DNA of 64,000 bases from Promethearchaeota archaeon (GTDB lineage: Archaea; Asgardarchaeota; Lokiarchaeia; Sigyniarchaeales; SOKP01): the NCBI GenBank assembly GCA_016839705.1, contig JAEOTR010000041.1, positions 1 through 64,000 on the forward strand. The letters run 5' to 3'. The position numbers and the translations under genes were made by a program. Shown piece by piece: positions 62,925-64,000 of the stretch (its first letter is position 1; each line of letters begins with the position of its first letter). Below the pieces are notes generated by a model. It ran no database searches, was not told where the DNA came from, and saw only the letters and a program-made list of their open reading frames with translations.

Positions 62925-64000
62925 ATGTCATCAAAGAAGTTCCTGTCAACAAAAAAAACAGCACAACAAACTATTTCTATTAGTCCTGCGCTTAAAGATT
63001 GGATAACAAGGTATGTCCGAGTAAATCACCAAAAAAATCAGAAAGATGATCGATATAAAAGTGTTTCAGCTTTCTATAATTATGTCATGGAAAAAACCCT
63101 GAGTCTATATAAAAAGGGAAAGACTCTGGACGATATTGAAAGAATTGAGGATAAAAAAATTAAAGATTTCTTTGATCGTTTTACATTTAAAGCTACAATT
63201 CCACTTTATGAAATGGTAATAGAGGATCACAAGTATTCGCCCTTTTCATTTGAATTTAATACCCGTTTTCTATTATTGTATTTAGATATGTTTAGGAGAG
63301 AAGTAAAATCACATAATTTTGAAGATGTCGACATTTTCTTCGAAAGGATAAGAAGTCGATATGCAAAGACTACAGTATCAAAAGAAATGAGATTAGACTT
63401 GTCTCTAGGTAATGATAGAGAACCTGCCAGGGGAATTTTAGAGTTTATCGGAAAATACAAGAATCTCCATTTTGAAAATTGTAAGTTTTTCGCTGCGGTT
63501 TTCGGTATCCTTGGAGTGCGAATTACTGATTTCATTTATTCACCAGATGATTATTATTGTCGATTAGAACTCCTTGAAACTGATCTTTTGTTTAACAGAG
63601 AAGATCTTGCAAAGAAAGAGAGACTGAAACTAATAGAAGAGAATGTAGAGTACATAATTAATTACGATAGGTTGCTCGAAGAAAAGGATATGTACCTGTG
63701 GGTGAAATTAGCTGACGATAATGAAGTATTTCTATCTTTCAAAAATCAAACCGCATTTAATAAATGGATTAAAACTATCGAGGTTCAATTGCAAAAATTT
63801 GGGAAGAAAGAAGAATTTTTAGAAAAAATATTATTATTCTTTAATAAACTTCATTGGATTGGAATTGAGAATAGGAAACACCTTTCTTTTCGAATTGAAC
63901 AAGTAATAGAAGAAACTAAAGAACAGAAACAGTATCTAATTAATTATCTTTCAAAATTTTCAAAAATCTCAGAAATGGAGGGAATTTATTACTTGAAATA
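62925..64000 (+). CDS. Paralog 2 of the preceding gene (absent from track; stop codon probably cut by window edge)
   Basis: MSSKKFLSTKKTAQQTISISPALKDWI...FENCKFFAAVFGILG...YYLK; window ends in-frame on TA. Confidence 0.85.
   Translation, partial: MSSKKFLSTKKTAQQTISISPALKDWITRYVRVNHQKNQKDDRYKSVSAFYNYVMEKTLSLYKKGKTLDDIERIEDKKIKDFFDRFTFKATIPLYEMVIEDHKYSPFSFEFNTRFLLLYLDMFRREVKSHNFEDVDIFFERIRSRYAKTTVSKEMRLDLSLGNDREPARGILEFIGKYKNLHFENCKFFAAVFGILGVRITDFIYSPDDYYCRLELLETDLLFNREDLAKKERLKLIEENVEYIINYDRLLEEKDMYLWVKLADDNEVFLSFKNQTAFNKWIKTIEVQLQKFGKKEEFLEKILLFFNKLHWIGIENRKHLSFRIEQVIEETKEQKQYLINYLSKFSKISEMEGIYYLK

Noticed and set aside
63227-63535. 102-aa minus-strand ORF
   Set aside because: Antisense to the paralog starting at 62925

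Overview
AT-rich archaeal chromosomal segment, most likely an Asgard archaeon (Lokiarchaeia-like). The assignment rests on the archaeal core genes (rpoB/rpoH, PolD, cdc6, cbf5, nop5/fibrillarin, CarS, archaeal MAT, Elp3) together with eukaryotic-signature-type genes (roadblock-small GTPase fusion, longin protein, LITAF-like protein). Main finding: the RNase HII gene (rnhB, 55251-55940) is split inside its catalytic DEAGRG motif by a 30-nt, stop-containing, bulge-helix-bulge (BHB)-type intron. All three tRNA genes (Lys-UUU, Thr-CGU, Leu-GAG) also carry 29-30-nt introns of the same architecture at non-canonical positions, and rtcB plus archease lie in the same window. Together this suggests tRNA-type splicing of an mRNA. 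Other candidates are an unannotated 51-aa WH2-like (actin-binding) microprotein, a BAR-like gene next to a polyproline WASP/WAVE-like gene, an 8-gene operon of unknowns (AAA ATPase, ATPase-dead SMC-like, kite-like and PC4-like genes), an AN1-finger membrane protease/pseudoprotease cluster, a solo TnpB with a rearranged RuvC site, and a possible oriC upstream of cdc6. All family assignments come from motif recognition by eye; no searches were run.
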